Shown here piece by piece: positions 1-9,045 of a stretch of DNA of 64,000 nt (positions within the stretch are counted from its first letter, which is position 1; each line of letters begins with the position of its first letter). Source of the stretch: Candidatus Methylomirabilis sp. GTDB lineage: Bacteria > Muiribacteriota > Ozemobacteria > Ozemobacterales > Ozemobacteraceae. A program made the translations under genes and the position numbers. The stretch is from positions 1,756 to 65,755 of the forward strand of contig DYKG01000011.1 of assembly GCA_020722725.1 (NCBI GenBank), in the 5' to 3' direction. The notes under the pieces are model-generated. The model was not told where the DNA came from. It worked only from the letters and a program-made list of their open reading frames with translations, and did not search any database.

Positions 1-237
1 ACTCTTTTCTCGAACATGGGTCTTTATAACGAAATCAATGAAGCTCACAAACTCTGGAAAGATCTTAGAGAAAAGGCCTACCGTGATTTTCTCAGGCAAA
101 ACCTGGCAATGCCACTCTTTGCTGCACCAATTTTTGCAGAGCTTGATGAAATCAACCAGGCGAGAATTGAGGAATGTCATGAAACCTGCCTCAAATTAAA
201 TGAAATTAGCAGAAAATATGAATACAAACAATCTTGA
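1..237 (+). CDS. hypothetical protein, probable C-terminal fragment (frame open to window edge)
   Basis: Frame 1 has no stop from nt 1 to the stop at 235-237. The first ATG is at 16. The product is helical and charged, with no recognisable motif. It overlaps the next ORF by 38 nt. Confidence 0.3.
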   Translation, partial: TLFSNMGLYNEINEAHKLWKDLREKAYRDFLRQNLAMPLFAAPIFAELDEINQARIEECHETCLKLNEISRKYEYKQS

Positions 238-1810
238 AACAACGGTCAGGCTGGCTCTAAACCTGGTGAAATCATGTTCTTCGTTCGGAAACAACCCTGA
301 TTTTCTTGAAATCACAAGCCTTTTGCGCGCCGGAATTTCAGAATGCAACCAGCAGAATGCTTCTCAACCATTGATTATTTCACTAATTGGTGGAACAGGA
401 ACCGGAAAATCCTTCATTTTTTCAAGATTGCTTGGAAAAGAGTCGGCCAGCCCATCTTCTGACAGTGTCAGAGGTTTTACCAGGCAGCTTTATGTTTCAG
501 CACAAGCAAATGATCGCCCATTCATCGATTTTGGCAATGATATGATCTACTGTGACGGAGTCGTTGAGGGTGCGGTTATTATCGACACCCCTGATCTTGA
601 CACAATTCAAAAAGAAAACGCAGAGTTAACCAGAAAAGTCATCGAAAAGTCAGACATTCTAGTTTATGTTTCTACACCAGATAAACGTTCGAATTTCGAC
701 ATAAATCAGACTATTATCGAATGGGCTTCGAGAAAACGCTGGATATTTGCCATGAATAAGTCTGATACGGCACCTGATTCTTCGGTCGAAAAGCTGCGTG
801 ATGATTTTCTAAAAAAGATTTCCGGGTTTGGTTTTCAATCTGGAAAAGATGATTGTTTCGTTTTTTCGGCCCGCGACCAGCAGAACTTTGAATTTATCAG
901 GTTTCGCGATGTAATTTTTTCAAAAAGGAATTTGAATCAAAATCGCCTTATTAAAGAGGCTGCCTGTCTGAGAAATTTCATTCACGCTTTTGAACAGAGT
1001 GAAGCTCAGAGAAACTTGAAAAATCTTGTAAAAACCGCCGAACTTCAATTGCAGAATCTGAACAAACGCATGGAGCAGGCGCCTGCAGAAATTATGGTGC
1101 ATGAGCACCTTGATCGTCTTGCTGATGAGGCAAGAATTAGAGAAGTTTATCAACAACTGCAGCAACGACGCACTCTTTTCATGTTCCCTTATATCTGGGT
1201 TGCAGGCCATGCTGGATCTGGATTTTCTTCAGCCGACGTCAGTATAAAAATTACCAGCGCCCTGCGCAACAGCCAGAATCTGGTTGCCTGCAAAAATGAT
1301 GAAAAAAGACTATTGCAGGATCTTAGAATTGAAGGTGAAACTCAGGAAAAAACCATTACTGAAGAAGAAGTTTTTTATGCAAGACTGGTTAAAGAAAACC
1401 TGCAGACCAGTGCCCAGGCGGTTTGTGAGGCAAAAATCCTTACTTTTTACATCTTTCTTGCCAACCTTCTACCGGTATTCATTCTTGCTCAAACCCTTTA
1501 TCGAGCTTTCTCAGGCTGGCTTTTTGCCACATGGTTGCCTTCAGATTTTTTTGTTCATGCTTTTTTTCTTATTTCTGGCTCAACCCTGCCTGGATATCTG
1601 CTGCTTTCTCGCGGCATAAGCCGTATCAGCTCAGCCTTTTCACTGAATAGCCTCGAACTGGGTATTAAAGCCGAAAAACTTCATGAACAAACTTCACTGA
1701 TGTTCAAATATATTCAGGAGGCTGATTTTTTTGTTGAGCACTGCAAAAAGAATTTAAAAGTCATGGAAAATCAAATTGATAATCGCAGCGGGCTTTCAAT
1801 TAAATCTTAA
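200..1810 (+). CDS. membrane-anchored P-loop GTPase (dynamin/HSR1-like)
   Basis: G1 is GGTGTGKS, G3-like is IIDTPDLD and G4 is NKSD. A long helical middle region is followed by two hydrophobic helices (ILTFYIFLANLLPVFILAQTLY, FFVHAFFLISGSTLPGYLLL) near the C-terminus. The start codon is uncertain because no SD is present. Confidence 0.6.
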   Translation: MKLAENMNTNNLETTVRLALNLVKSCSSFGNNPDFLEITSLLRAGISECNQQNASQPLIISLIGGTGTGKSFIFSRLLGKESASPSSDSVRGFTRQLYVSAQANDRPFIDFGNDMIYCDGVVEGAVIIDTPDLDTIQKENAELTRKVIEKSDILVYVSTPDKRSNFDINQTIIEWASRKRWIFAMNKSDTAPDSSVEKLRDDFLKKISGFGFQSGKDDCFVFSARDQQNFEFIRFRDVIFSKRNLNQNRLIKEAACLRNFIHAFEQSEAQRNLKNLVKTAELQLQNLNKRMEQAPAEIMVHEHLDRLADEARIREVYQQLQQRRTLFMFPYIWVAGHAGSGFSSADVSIKITSALRNSQNLVACKNDEKRLLQDLRIEGETQEKTITEEEVFYARLVKENLQTSAQAVCEAKILTFYIFLANLLPVFILAQTLYRAFSGWLFATWLPSDFFVHAFFLISGSTLPGYLLLSRGISRISSAFSLNSLELGIKAEKLHEQTSLMFKYIQEADFFVEHCKKNLKVMENQIDNRSGLSIKS

Positions 1811-2553
1811 AACCTTATTTGTAAAACATAAGCCAGAATTGTCCCCAGCATGATTCCACAGACAAAGATGTCGAAAAAACCGATAGAAAAGTGATTATAT
1901 CTTGTTCTTTGCCTGGAAACGCAATAGCCGCGTGCTTCCATTGCAAGTGCAAGATCTTCAGCCCTTATAATGGCAAGAGACAAAGTCGGTATAAGCAAAG
2001 GCATAAGAGACTTAACTGCTTTTAGCCCGACCCCATGGGAAAACCTCGCTCCTCTGGCCATTTGAGCCATTCTTATTCGGTCGAGTTCTCCCAGAATAAC
2101 CGGCAAAAACCTCACTGAAATTACCATAACCAGTGCGAGTTCTCTGGCCTGGAAACCAAAAAGGTTTAAAGGTCTGAAAGATTGCTCCCAGAAATACATA
2201 AGTTCTGACTGAGAAGAAATAGTAACGAAAATGCCCGAGGTAACGAAAACCCCGATTATTCGAATAACCGCTATCAATAAAGACTCAGGGTTGAAATTTC
2301 CCGTTGAAAAGCCTTGTATTATGCCAACCAGCAATAGTAACAGCCAAATTTTTTCGATAGAAATCAGAATGGGTTTCAATTCGACTTTAAAAAGTATGGC
2401 CAAAAGAATTGTAAGCACCAAAGAAAAAAACAGTGAAAACAAGCCCTGCATGGTTACCGAAAAAAGCAAAATTATAAAAAGAGTGCCCAACCCCTTGATA
2501 AAAGGATTTAAACGATAAAGTGCGCTATCAGCCGGCGAATAGGTAATCTGCAT
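1807..2553 (-). CDS. ecfT: ECF transporter transmembrane component EcfT
   Basis: The product is polytopic and carries the two Ala-Arg-Gly coupling motifs (MAQMARGARF, AMEARGY). It lies downstream of two ECF ATPases. I prefer the ATG at 2553, preceded by AAGGAA, over the GTG at 2595, which has no SD. Confidence 0.8.
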   Translation of the reverse strand: MQITYSPADSALYRLNPFIKGLGTLFIILLFSVTMQGLFSLFFSLVLTILLAILFKVELKPILISIEKIWLLLLLVGIIQGFSTGNFNPESLLIAVIRIIGVFVTSGIFVTISSQSELMYFWEQSFRPLNLFGFQARELALVMVISVRFLPVILGELDRIRMAQMARGARFSHGVGLKAVKSLMPLLIPTLSLAIIRAEDLALAMEARGYCVSRQRTRYNHFSIGFFDIFVCGIMLGTILAYVLQIRF

Positions 2554-3343
2554 CTTCAGCGGTTCCTTGAAGGTATTTGAATACGGATTCTGCACGAAGT
2601 CGAGGTATGTGTTTTTTTATCGGCTTTTGTTCCATTGCCTGAACATACCAATCAGGAAGGGGGTAAAAATCAGGCTCTTGCAGAGATTTTGCGATAAACT
2701 CATTCACGCATTTAAATTCAACCGCTTGATCTCCAATAAATAATACTCTTCCAGTCAGGTCAATCAGGTTTTCCGGGTCATGGGTAACGATTATTACAAT
2801 ATGGTCTCGGGCGATTTGTGAAATAATTCCAGCCAGCTTTTCCCTTCCCTGAAAGTCAAGCCCCGCAAGTGGTTCGTCGAGCAGAATAACTTCTGGAAGA
2901 AGAACAGTGCAAGCGCTTAGTGCGACCTTTCGTTTTTCCCCACCGGAAAGCTCAAAAGGATGTTTTTTCCAGAAAGCACTAGCTTCGATTCCCCATTTTT
3001 CAAGCCATGCAATGCCTTTTTGTCTGAATTCCTTATCGTCTTTCTGAATCAATGCATAACAAACCTCATCCCCAACCGAAGGGTTGAAAAAAAGGTTTTC
3101 GGGGTTCTGAAAAGCCAGAGCAATTCTGCCTTCTGAATCAAAACTCATATCGTCAGCAAAAATTTTCCCGGAAAATTCTTTATGAAATCCTGCGATAGCT
3201 CTCAGCAATGTACTTTTACCCGAACCTGCCCGCCCCACGATAAGGTTTACCCTGCCCTTTTCAAACCGGCAGCTTATTTTATCGCCAATCCGGCGATTCT
3301 TGTAAAAAAGCTCGATCTCTCGCAGTTCAAGACAATTGATCAT
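2528..3343 (-). CDS. ecfA2: ECF transporter ATPase subunit EcfA2 (ABC ATP-binding protein)
   Basis: Walker A is GRAGSGKST, the ABC signature is LSGGEKRKVAL and Walker B is ILLDEP. It sits second in the rplQ-ecfA-ecfA-ecfT order. Confidence 0.85.
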   Translation of the reverse strand: MINCLELREIELFYKNRRIGDKISCRFEKGRVNLIVGRAGSGKSTLLRAIAGFHKEFSGKIFADDMSFDSEGRIALAFQNPENLFFNPSVGDEVCYALIQKDDKEFRQKGIAWLEKWGIEASAFWKKHPFELSGGEKRKVALSACTVLLPEVILLDEPLAGLDFQGREKLAGIISQIARDHIVIIVTHDPENLIDLTGRVLFIGDQAVEFKCVNEFIAKSLQEPDFYPLPDWYVQAMEQKPIKKHIPRLRAESVFKYLQGTAEDADYLFAG

Positions 3344-4094
3344 TTTTTTCTTTCTGCAACCTGTCCAGATACCATTTTTCGGGAAAACTAAACATGGGCT
3401 GTAAATCTTCTCTGTATTTCAGTTCTTCAGGCTTTCCGGTAAACAGCAGCCTTCCTTTGGAAAAAAGATGAATCTCTTCAAACAAGTCAAAATCATCGGG
3501 AACCTGGGAAATCATTATAATTCCAACTTTACGAGATTCAATCAAATGTTTGATTACCTGGTAAAATTCCCGACGTGCCCAGGGATCGAGATGAGAAGTG
3601 GGTTCATCGAAAATCAGCCATTCAGGTTGCATCACCAAAATGGAAGCTATGCACAATTGCTGTTTCTGACCACCGGAAAGATGTGAAACCGGCAATTTAA
3701 GGAATTTTTCAAACCTCAACTCCCGACAGACTGATTCAATGCGTCTTTGCATCTCATCACGCGGCAACGCCAGATTTTCCAGACCGAAGGCAATGTCTTC
3801 TTCAACGGTAGTTCCTACAATCTGATTATCGGGGTTTTGAAAAATTATTCCAACTTTTCTGTGAATTTCTGCATCTTCACTTGCCGTGTCGATGCCACAA
3901 ACCGTAACTTTGCCGGAAACAGGTTTTAGAAGTCCGGCAATAAGCCGGGCGCATGTGGTTTTTCCGCACCCGTTGCTGCCGATAAACCCAATAATCTGGT
4001 TCTGGGCTAAAGAAAAGGAAACCTCCTCTAAAGCGAAGGAGGTTTCCTGGTTCTCTTTGTACCGGTAAGAAACCCGGTCAAACAGAATCATCAA
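3327..4094 (-). CDS. ecfA1: ECF transporter ATPase subunit EcfA1 (ABC ATP-binding protein)
   Basis: Walker A is GSNGCGKTT, the signature is LSGGQKQQL and Walker B plus H-loop is LIFDEPTSHLD. It starts 9 nt after the rplQ stop. Confidence 0.85.
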   Translation of the reverse strand: MMILFDRVSYRYKENQETSFALEEVSFSLAQNQIIGFIGSNGCGKTTCARLIAGLLKPVSGKVTVCGIDTASEDAEIHRKVGIIFQNPDNQIVGTTVEEDIAFGLENLALPRDEMQRRIESVCRELRFEKFLKLPVSHLSGGQKQQLCIASILVMQPEWLIFDEPTSHLDPWARREFYQVIKHLIESRKVGIIMISQVPDDFDLFEEIHLFSKGRLLFTGKPEELKYREDLQPMFSFPEKWYLDRLQKEKNDQLS

Positions 4095-4103
4095 ATTACC
4101 TTA

Positions 4104-4727
4104 TTATTTGGTGAATTCAATGATTGCCATTTCGGCATTGTCACCATGGCGATTGCCAAGTTTGTAAATTCTGGTATAACCACCGGAAATAGTTTCAAAC
4201 CTTGGAGCAATGCGGTTGATCAGCTTGGTAAGAGTGCCTTCAACGCGAAGAATGCGCTGGGCATTTTTTCTTTCCCTTTTGACCTGTTTGCCTTCATCGC
4301 CTTTAACAGTTCTAGTGCAGGTAGCTGGAACATAACCAACAATGAATTCGGGTTTCGGATTCTTGTCGGGATCCTGCATGAATTTTTCAGCAGCTTCGCG
4401 GTTTTCTTTGGTCAGGTTGGACAGATATTTTTTGATATTGTCGCGGCCAAGAATTTCTCGATCACCACAGCCGTGGAAGAAACCTTCAAGAAGGGTTCTT
4501 TTTGAGGCCTTCAAAGCGCGAGTATGCTGCTCGTTATCGCCTTGAAGCTTATGAAGTTTCTTAGCGATGGTAATAGCCTTTTCAATTTCTCTGCGAAGGT
4601 CTTTGGCTTTCGGCAGAGTGGTTTCAATTTTTTCGTATTTTACAAGAGAAGTGCACAATGAGCGAAACAACGCTTTTCTCTGATGTGATTCTCTTCCAAA
4701 TTTGCGTCCAGTTTTAAGATGTCTCAT
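4104..4727 (-). CDS. rplQ: 50S ribosomal protein L17 (bL17) with large internal insertion
   Basis: The N-terminus (MRHLKTGRKFGR...TTLPKAKDLRR) and C-terminus (GGYTRIYKLGNRHGDNAEMAIIEF) are canonical. It overlaps the rpoA stop by 4 nt. At 207 aa it is well above the usual ~115-130 aa. Confidence 0.92.
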   Translation of the reverse strand: MRHLKTGRKFGRESHQRKALFRSLCTSLVKYEKIETTLPKAKDLRREIEKAITIAKKLHKLQGDNEQHTRALKASKRTLLEGFFHGCGDREILGRDNIKKYLSNLTKENREAAEKFMQDPDKNPKPEFIVGYVPATCTRTVKGDEGKQVKRERKNAQRILRVEGTLTKLINRIAPRFETISGGYTRIYKLGNRHGDNAEMAIIEFTK

Positions 4728-5728
4728 TCGTCGTTCCCTCCGATTACGGAATCGTCGTCGTCAGGCAAACTGAGATTGAACTGCCCCAGTTTTTCCCTGA
4801 CTTCTTTCAATGATTTCTTGCCAAAGTTTTTGATTTCGAGCAGTTCAGAAACCTTCTTGTTGACCAGTTCACCCAGAGTCTGGATGCCGGCCTTCTTGAG
4901 GCAGTTTCTTGAGCGCACAGAGAATTCAAGATCTTTGATAAGAATATCGAGATGACCCTTCTGAGGTGTTTCGGCCTTCTGAGCAGAAACCATGACCAGT
5001 TCTTCCTTGTGAGTGGGCTTACCAGTCTGATTCTCGACGATTTCTTCTTCAAGTGCCTGGAACAGATCTACATGAGCACGCAAAAATTTAGCTGAAAGTT
5101 CGACTGCTTCTGCCGGCTGCATGCTGCCGTTGGTCCATACATGGAGGGTCAGTTTGTCAAAGTTGATATCCTGACCTACGCGAGCATCTTCAACGTTATA
5201 CTGAACCTTGGTAACTGGTGAAAACTGAGAATCTACAAGAATGGTTCCTATTGCCTGATGCAGTTCCTGTTGATCATCAGCAAGAACATAACCGCGACCA
5301 CGGCGGAAAGTAATATCCATGCCGAGAGTGATGTCACCGGTTACCTGGGCAATATGAACATCTTCATCGATAATCTGCAGGTCGGGGTGGGTCTTGATAT
5401 CTGCAGCAGTAACATCTGCCGGGCCTTTAACTTCAAGGCGAACGGTAAGAGGTTCTTCTGTTTCAAGATTTACGACGAGCTTTTTGAGGTTGAGAATAAT
5501 GGCGGTAACGTCTTCAACAACACCAGGAATGCTGCAGAATTCATGAAGAACGCCATCAATCTTAACGCCACAAACGGATGAGCCGGGAAGTGAAGCAAGA
5601 AGGACGCGGCGAAACGCGTTACCAAGAGTCTGACCATAACCTCTTTCAAGTGGTTCGAGAGTTATGATTCCGTGGTTTTCGTCTTCACCTTCAGAATATT
5701 TGATTTTGGGTCGATTAATTTCAATCAC
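4724..5728 (-). CDS. rpoA: DNA-directed RNA polymerase subunit alpha
   Basis: The N-terminal domain ([26 protein letters not shown]-type) and C-terminal domain ([23 protein letters not shown]) are both present. The position between rpsD and rplQ is canonical. Confidence 0.97.
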   Translation of the reverse strand: [334 protein letters not shown]

Positions 5729-5749
5729 GCTACAAGGCCTCCTTAAAGG

Positions 5750-6382
5750 TTAGCGAGAGTAGAACTCAACGATCAGGTGTTCCTGAATCTTCGGATCAAG
5801 TTGTGATCTTTCGGGCAGAGCAAGGAATTTGCCTTTGAGGTTTTCGCGATCAACCTGTAGCCATGCAGAAACTTCACGACTTGATGAAATTTCCATAATG
5901 TCTTTTACGGTTTTGCGAACCTTGCTGTTGTCGAGGAGTTTAATCTCATCGCCGGGTCTGAGCTGATAACTGGGAATATTGCATTTGCGATTGTTTACTT
6001 CGAAATGTCCCTGAGTAACCCACATGCGGGCCTGTGCGCGGGAAATTCCAAAACCCATGCGAAATACGACGTTATCAAGTCTGGTTTCGAGCTGATGGAG
6101 AAGGTTGGTTCCGGTGTTCCCGCTTTTGCGGCTGGCAGCTTCATAATATTTGCGGAACTGAGCTTCAAGAATTCCATAAGTTCTTCTTACTTTTTGTTTT
6201 GCGCGCAGCTGAACTTCATACCCAGTCTGTTTTTTGCGCATTTTATCTGCGCCATGAACGCCAGGAATGGTTGCGCGGCGTTTGAACGCACATTTTTCGG
6301 TGTAGCAGCGGGCACCTTTGAGGAAAAGTTGATCGCCTTCACGGCGACAAAGTCTACAAACTGAACCTGTATATCTAGCCAT
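5750..6382 (-). CDS. rpsD: 30S ribosomal protein S4 (uS4), Cys-cluster type
   Basis: The N-terminus is [16 protein letters not shown]...CYTEKCAF and an S4 RNA-binding domain follows. It lies in the alpha-operon position. Confidence 0.97.
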   Translation of the reverse strand: MARYTGSVCRLCRREGDQLFLKGARCYTEKCAFKRRATIPGVHGADKMRKKQTGYEVQLRAKQKVRRTYGILEAQFRKYYEAASRKSGNTGTNLLHQLETRLDNVVFRMGFGISRAQARMWVTQGHFEVNNRKCNIPSYQLRPGDEIKLLDNSKVRKTVKDIMEISSSREVSAWLQVDRENLKGKFLALPERSQLDPKIQEHLIVEFYSR

Positions 6383-6394
6383 TGTATACCTCCA

Positions 6395-6796
6395 TCAGAC
6401 GCGGCGTCGCTTCGGAGGGCGACAACCATTGTGCGGAATTCCGGAAACGTCCTTGATTCCAGTTACTTGGAGGCCGTTGTTCTGCAGAGCGCGAATTGCT
6501 GATTCACGACTCATTCCGGGGCCGGCGACAAACACTTCGATTTCTTTCATTCCGAATTCAAGAGCGCGCTTAGCGGTCACTTCGGCAGAAACCTGGGCGG
6601 CATACGGGGTGGATTTTCTGGATCCACGGAAACTGTTGGATCCTGATGAAGACCAGCACAGTACATTACCGCTCATGTCGGTAATGGTTACAATAACGTT
6701 GTTGAAAGTTGCCTGAATGTGTGCCTGACCTTTAGCTACAATTTTCTTTTCGCGTTTTTTGGTCCGCACTTTGGACTTACTTCCTGATTTAGCCAT
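6395..6796 (-). CDS. rpsK: 30S ribosomal protein S11 (uS11)
   Basis: It contains [22 protein letters not shown] and ends in [14 protein letters not shown]. Confidence 0.97.
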   Translation of the reverse strand: MAKSGSKSKVRTKKREKKIVAKGQAHIQATFNNVIVTITDMSGNVLCWSSSGSNSFRGSRKSTPYAAQVSAEVTAKRALEFGMKEIEVFVAGPGMSRESAIRALQNNGLQVTGIKDVSGIPHNGCRPPKRRRV

Positions 6797-6836
6797 TTTA
6801 TGCTCCTTTAAATCAGTTTACATCCTTAGAAGAGGC

Positions 6837-7202
6837 TTATTGGCCTTTTCTAATGGCTTTTCTCGGACCTTTTCGGGTGCGAGCATTGGTTTTAGTTCTC
6901 TGACCACGAACCGGCAGACCTTTTCTATGCCTGAGACCGCGGTAGCAGCCGATTTCCATGAGACGTTTGATGTTCATGGAAACTTCACGTCTGAGATCGC
7001 CTTCTACACGAAAATCTGCTTCAAGAACTTTCTTGATCACTGAAATTTCGTCTTCGGTCAGATCTTTAACGCGGGTATCGGGGTTAATTTTGGTTTTTGC
7101 GAGAATCTGGCGTGAAGTTGTCCAGCCAATACCGTAGATATACGGAAGAGCTGCTTCTACCCGTTTATTACGAGGTAGATCAACGCCTGCTATACGAGCC
7201 AT
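6837..7202 (-). CDS. rpsM: 30S ribosomal protein S13 (uS13)
   Basis: It contains [26 protein letters not shown] and [24 protein letters not shown]. Confidence 0.97.
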   Translation of the reverse strand: MARIAGVDLPRNKRVEAALPYIYGIGWTTSRQILAKTKINPDTRVKDLTEDEISVIKKVLEADFRVEGDLRREVSMNIKRLMEIGCYRGLRHRKGLPVRGQRTKTNARTRKGPRKAIRKGQ

Positions 7203-7220
7203 ACTTTTCCTCCTGAAATC

Positions 7221-7334
7221 TCAGCCCTGTCGTTGCTTGTGACGGGGATTGTCGCAGATTACGCGAATAACACCGCGACGCTTGATAATTTTACACTTTT
7301 CACAAATCTTTTTTACTGATGCCCTAACACGCAT
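7221..7334 (-). CDS. rpmJ: 50S ribosomal protein L36 (bL36)
   Basis: It is below the ORF-track length cutoff, so I translated it by hand: [37 protein letters not shown] (37 aa, CxxC...C...H zinc motif). It lies between infA and rpsM as expected. Confidence 0.93.
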   Translation of the reverse strand: MRVRASVKKICEKCKIIKRRGVIRVICDNPRHKQRQG

Positions 7335-7371
7335 TTTTTTCCTCCTGGAAAATTTTCACCGCTGTTTTGGT

Positions 7372-7590
7372 TCACTTGAAGCGGTAAACAATTCGCCCAC
7401 GGGTCAGATCATAGGGTGTCAACTCAACTGTGACCTTATCTCCGGGCAATATACGAATGTAATGCATTCTCATTTTGCCGGAGATGTGAGCGAGAACCAT
7501 GTGACCATTTTCAAGTTCTACCTTGAACATGGCATTTGGAAGAGGTTCTAGAACCTTTCCGTTAACCTGAATGGTATCACCTTTGCTCAT
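7372..7590 (-). CDS. infA: translation initiation factor IF-1
   Basis: It is 72 aa with an S1-like fold and contains [35 protein letters not shown]. Confidence 0.97.
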   Translation of the reverse strand: MSKGDTIQVNGKVLEPLPNAMFKVELENGHMVLAHISGKMRMHYIRILPGDKVTVELTPYDLTRGRIVYRFK

Positions 7591-7612
7591 TTTTCGACTT
7601 TTGCCCTTTCTG

Positions 7613-8377
7613 CTAACCCGCCTGGCAGGTTGAGGTAAGTATTTTTGGACCGCTCTTCGTCACCGCAACCATGTGCTCGAAGTGCGCCGACAGTTGACCG
7701 TTGCGAGTAACTGCCGTCCATCCGTCATCTTTAATTATGACATCTGGATCACCGTTTGTAGCTATGGGTTCGATTGCCAGCACCATTCCATTTTCAAGCT
7801 GTGGACCCTGATCTTCAGAGCCAAAGTTTGGAACTGGTGGTTTTTCATGCAATGATCTGCCGATCCCATGGCCTACAAACCTGCGAACTACTGACAGACC
7901 CCTGTGCTCAACTGCATTCTGAATACTTTGTGAAATTTTTCCCAAAGTATTGCCGGCAATGGCACTACAAATTCCAGCTCGCAAGGCTTCTTTTGTAGTT
8001 TGAATGAGTTTTTCTATTTCGGCAGGCATTTCATTGCCGAGATAGACAGTTTCTGCCATATCAGCGTAGAAGCCATACTTTTTGATTCCAATATCGATTT
8101 TTACCAAGTCACCTGCTTGTAAAAGTCGATTTTTCCGGGGAATGCCGTGTACAGTTTCTTCGTTCACGCTAACACAGATGGTGCCCGGAAACCCTCGATA
8201 ACCAAAAAATGCCGGTTGGCATTTTTCATGTTCCATCAGTTCCAGGGCGTAGTCTGCCAGATCCATGGTTGAAACACCGGGTTTGGCTTGATGTTTAACC
8301 TTAGTAAGAATGACCGAAAGAATTCGGCCATTTTCCTGCATCAAATCAATTTCCTGATCAGATTTTAAGGAAATCAA
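7613..8377 (-). CDS. map: type I methionine aminopeptidase
   Basis: It has a pita-bread fold with metal ligands in the contexts [25 protein letters not shown] and LAIEP. Its position after adk is canonical. Confidence 0.93.
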   Translation of the reverse strand: MISLKSDQEIDLMQENGRILSVILTKVKHQAKPGVSTMDLADYALELMEHEKCQPAFFGYRGFPGTICVSVNEETVHGIPRKNRLLQAGDLVKIDIGIKKYGFYADMAETVYLGNEMPAEIEKLIQTTKEALRAGICSAIAGNTLGKISQSIQNAVEHRGLSVVRRFVGHGIGRSLHEKPPVPNFGSEDQGPQLENGMVLAIEPIATNGDPDVIIKDDGWTAVTRNGQLSAHFEHMVAVTKSGPKILTSTCQAG

Positions 8378-9045
8378 GGCGAATTCAGTCTATCGATTAT
8401 ATCACAGATTTCCTGAAAAATCATGTCAATTTTTTTATTTCCGTCGACGGGGTACAGATTTTTTTTCTTCTGATAAAAATCCACCAGCGGGGAAGTTTGT
8501 TCATGATAAACTTTCAGGCGATTTTTGATAACTTCTTCAGAATCGTCTTTTCTTTGGTACAATTCACCGCCACAGCGGTCACAAATTCCGTCTTTCTGTG
8601 GCTTTAAATATTCAAGATGGTAGCTGGCACTGCATTTGCTGCAGATTCTTCTGGCAGTTAGCCGGCCAGTCAAAACTTCGTCAGGCACATCAATGGAAAC
8701 AACCCCGGAAAGAGGCGAGTTTCTCTTAAGGAGAGCTTTTTCAAGTTCCTCGGCCTGCCCTACGGTTCTTGGAAAACCATCGAGAAGGAAGCCTTTTTGA
8801 CAATCAGCCTGGTCAATGCGTGCAATAAGAATATCCAAAACCAATTGATCAGGAACCAGAGCGCCTGCCTGCATATAAGATTTCAACTTCTCGCTAAGAG
8901 AAGAACCTGATGAGACAGTGGCTCTCATCAGGTCTCCAGTTGAAATCTGCGGAATTGAATACTTATCTACAACCTGTTTGGCCTGAGTGCCTTTTCCGGC
9001 ACCCGGAGGGCCCAAGAAAATCAGATTCAGGTTCCGTTTGGTCAT
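8374..9045 (-). CDS. adk: adenylate kinase (zinc-lid type)
   Basis: The P-loop is GPPGAGKGTQA and the lid carries CSKCSASYH...CDRCGGEL. It overlaps secY and map by 4 nt each. Confidence 0.96.
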   Translation of the reverse strand: MTKRNLNLIFLGPPGAGKGTQAKQVVDKYSIPQISTGDLMRATVSSGSSLSEKLKSYMQAGALVPDQLVLDILIARIDQADCQKGFLLDGFPRTVGQAEELEKALLKRNSPLSGVVSIDVPDEVLTGRLTARRICSKCSASYHLEYLKPQKDGICDRCGGELYQRKDDSEEVIKNRLKVYHEQTSPLVDFYQKKKNLYPVDGNKKIDMIFQEICDIIDRLNSP

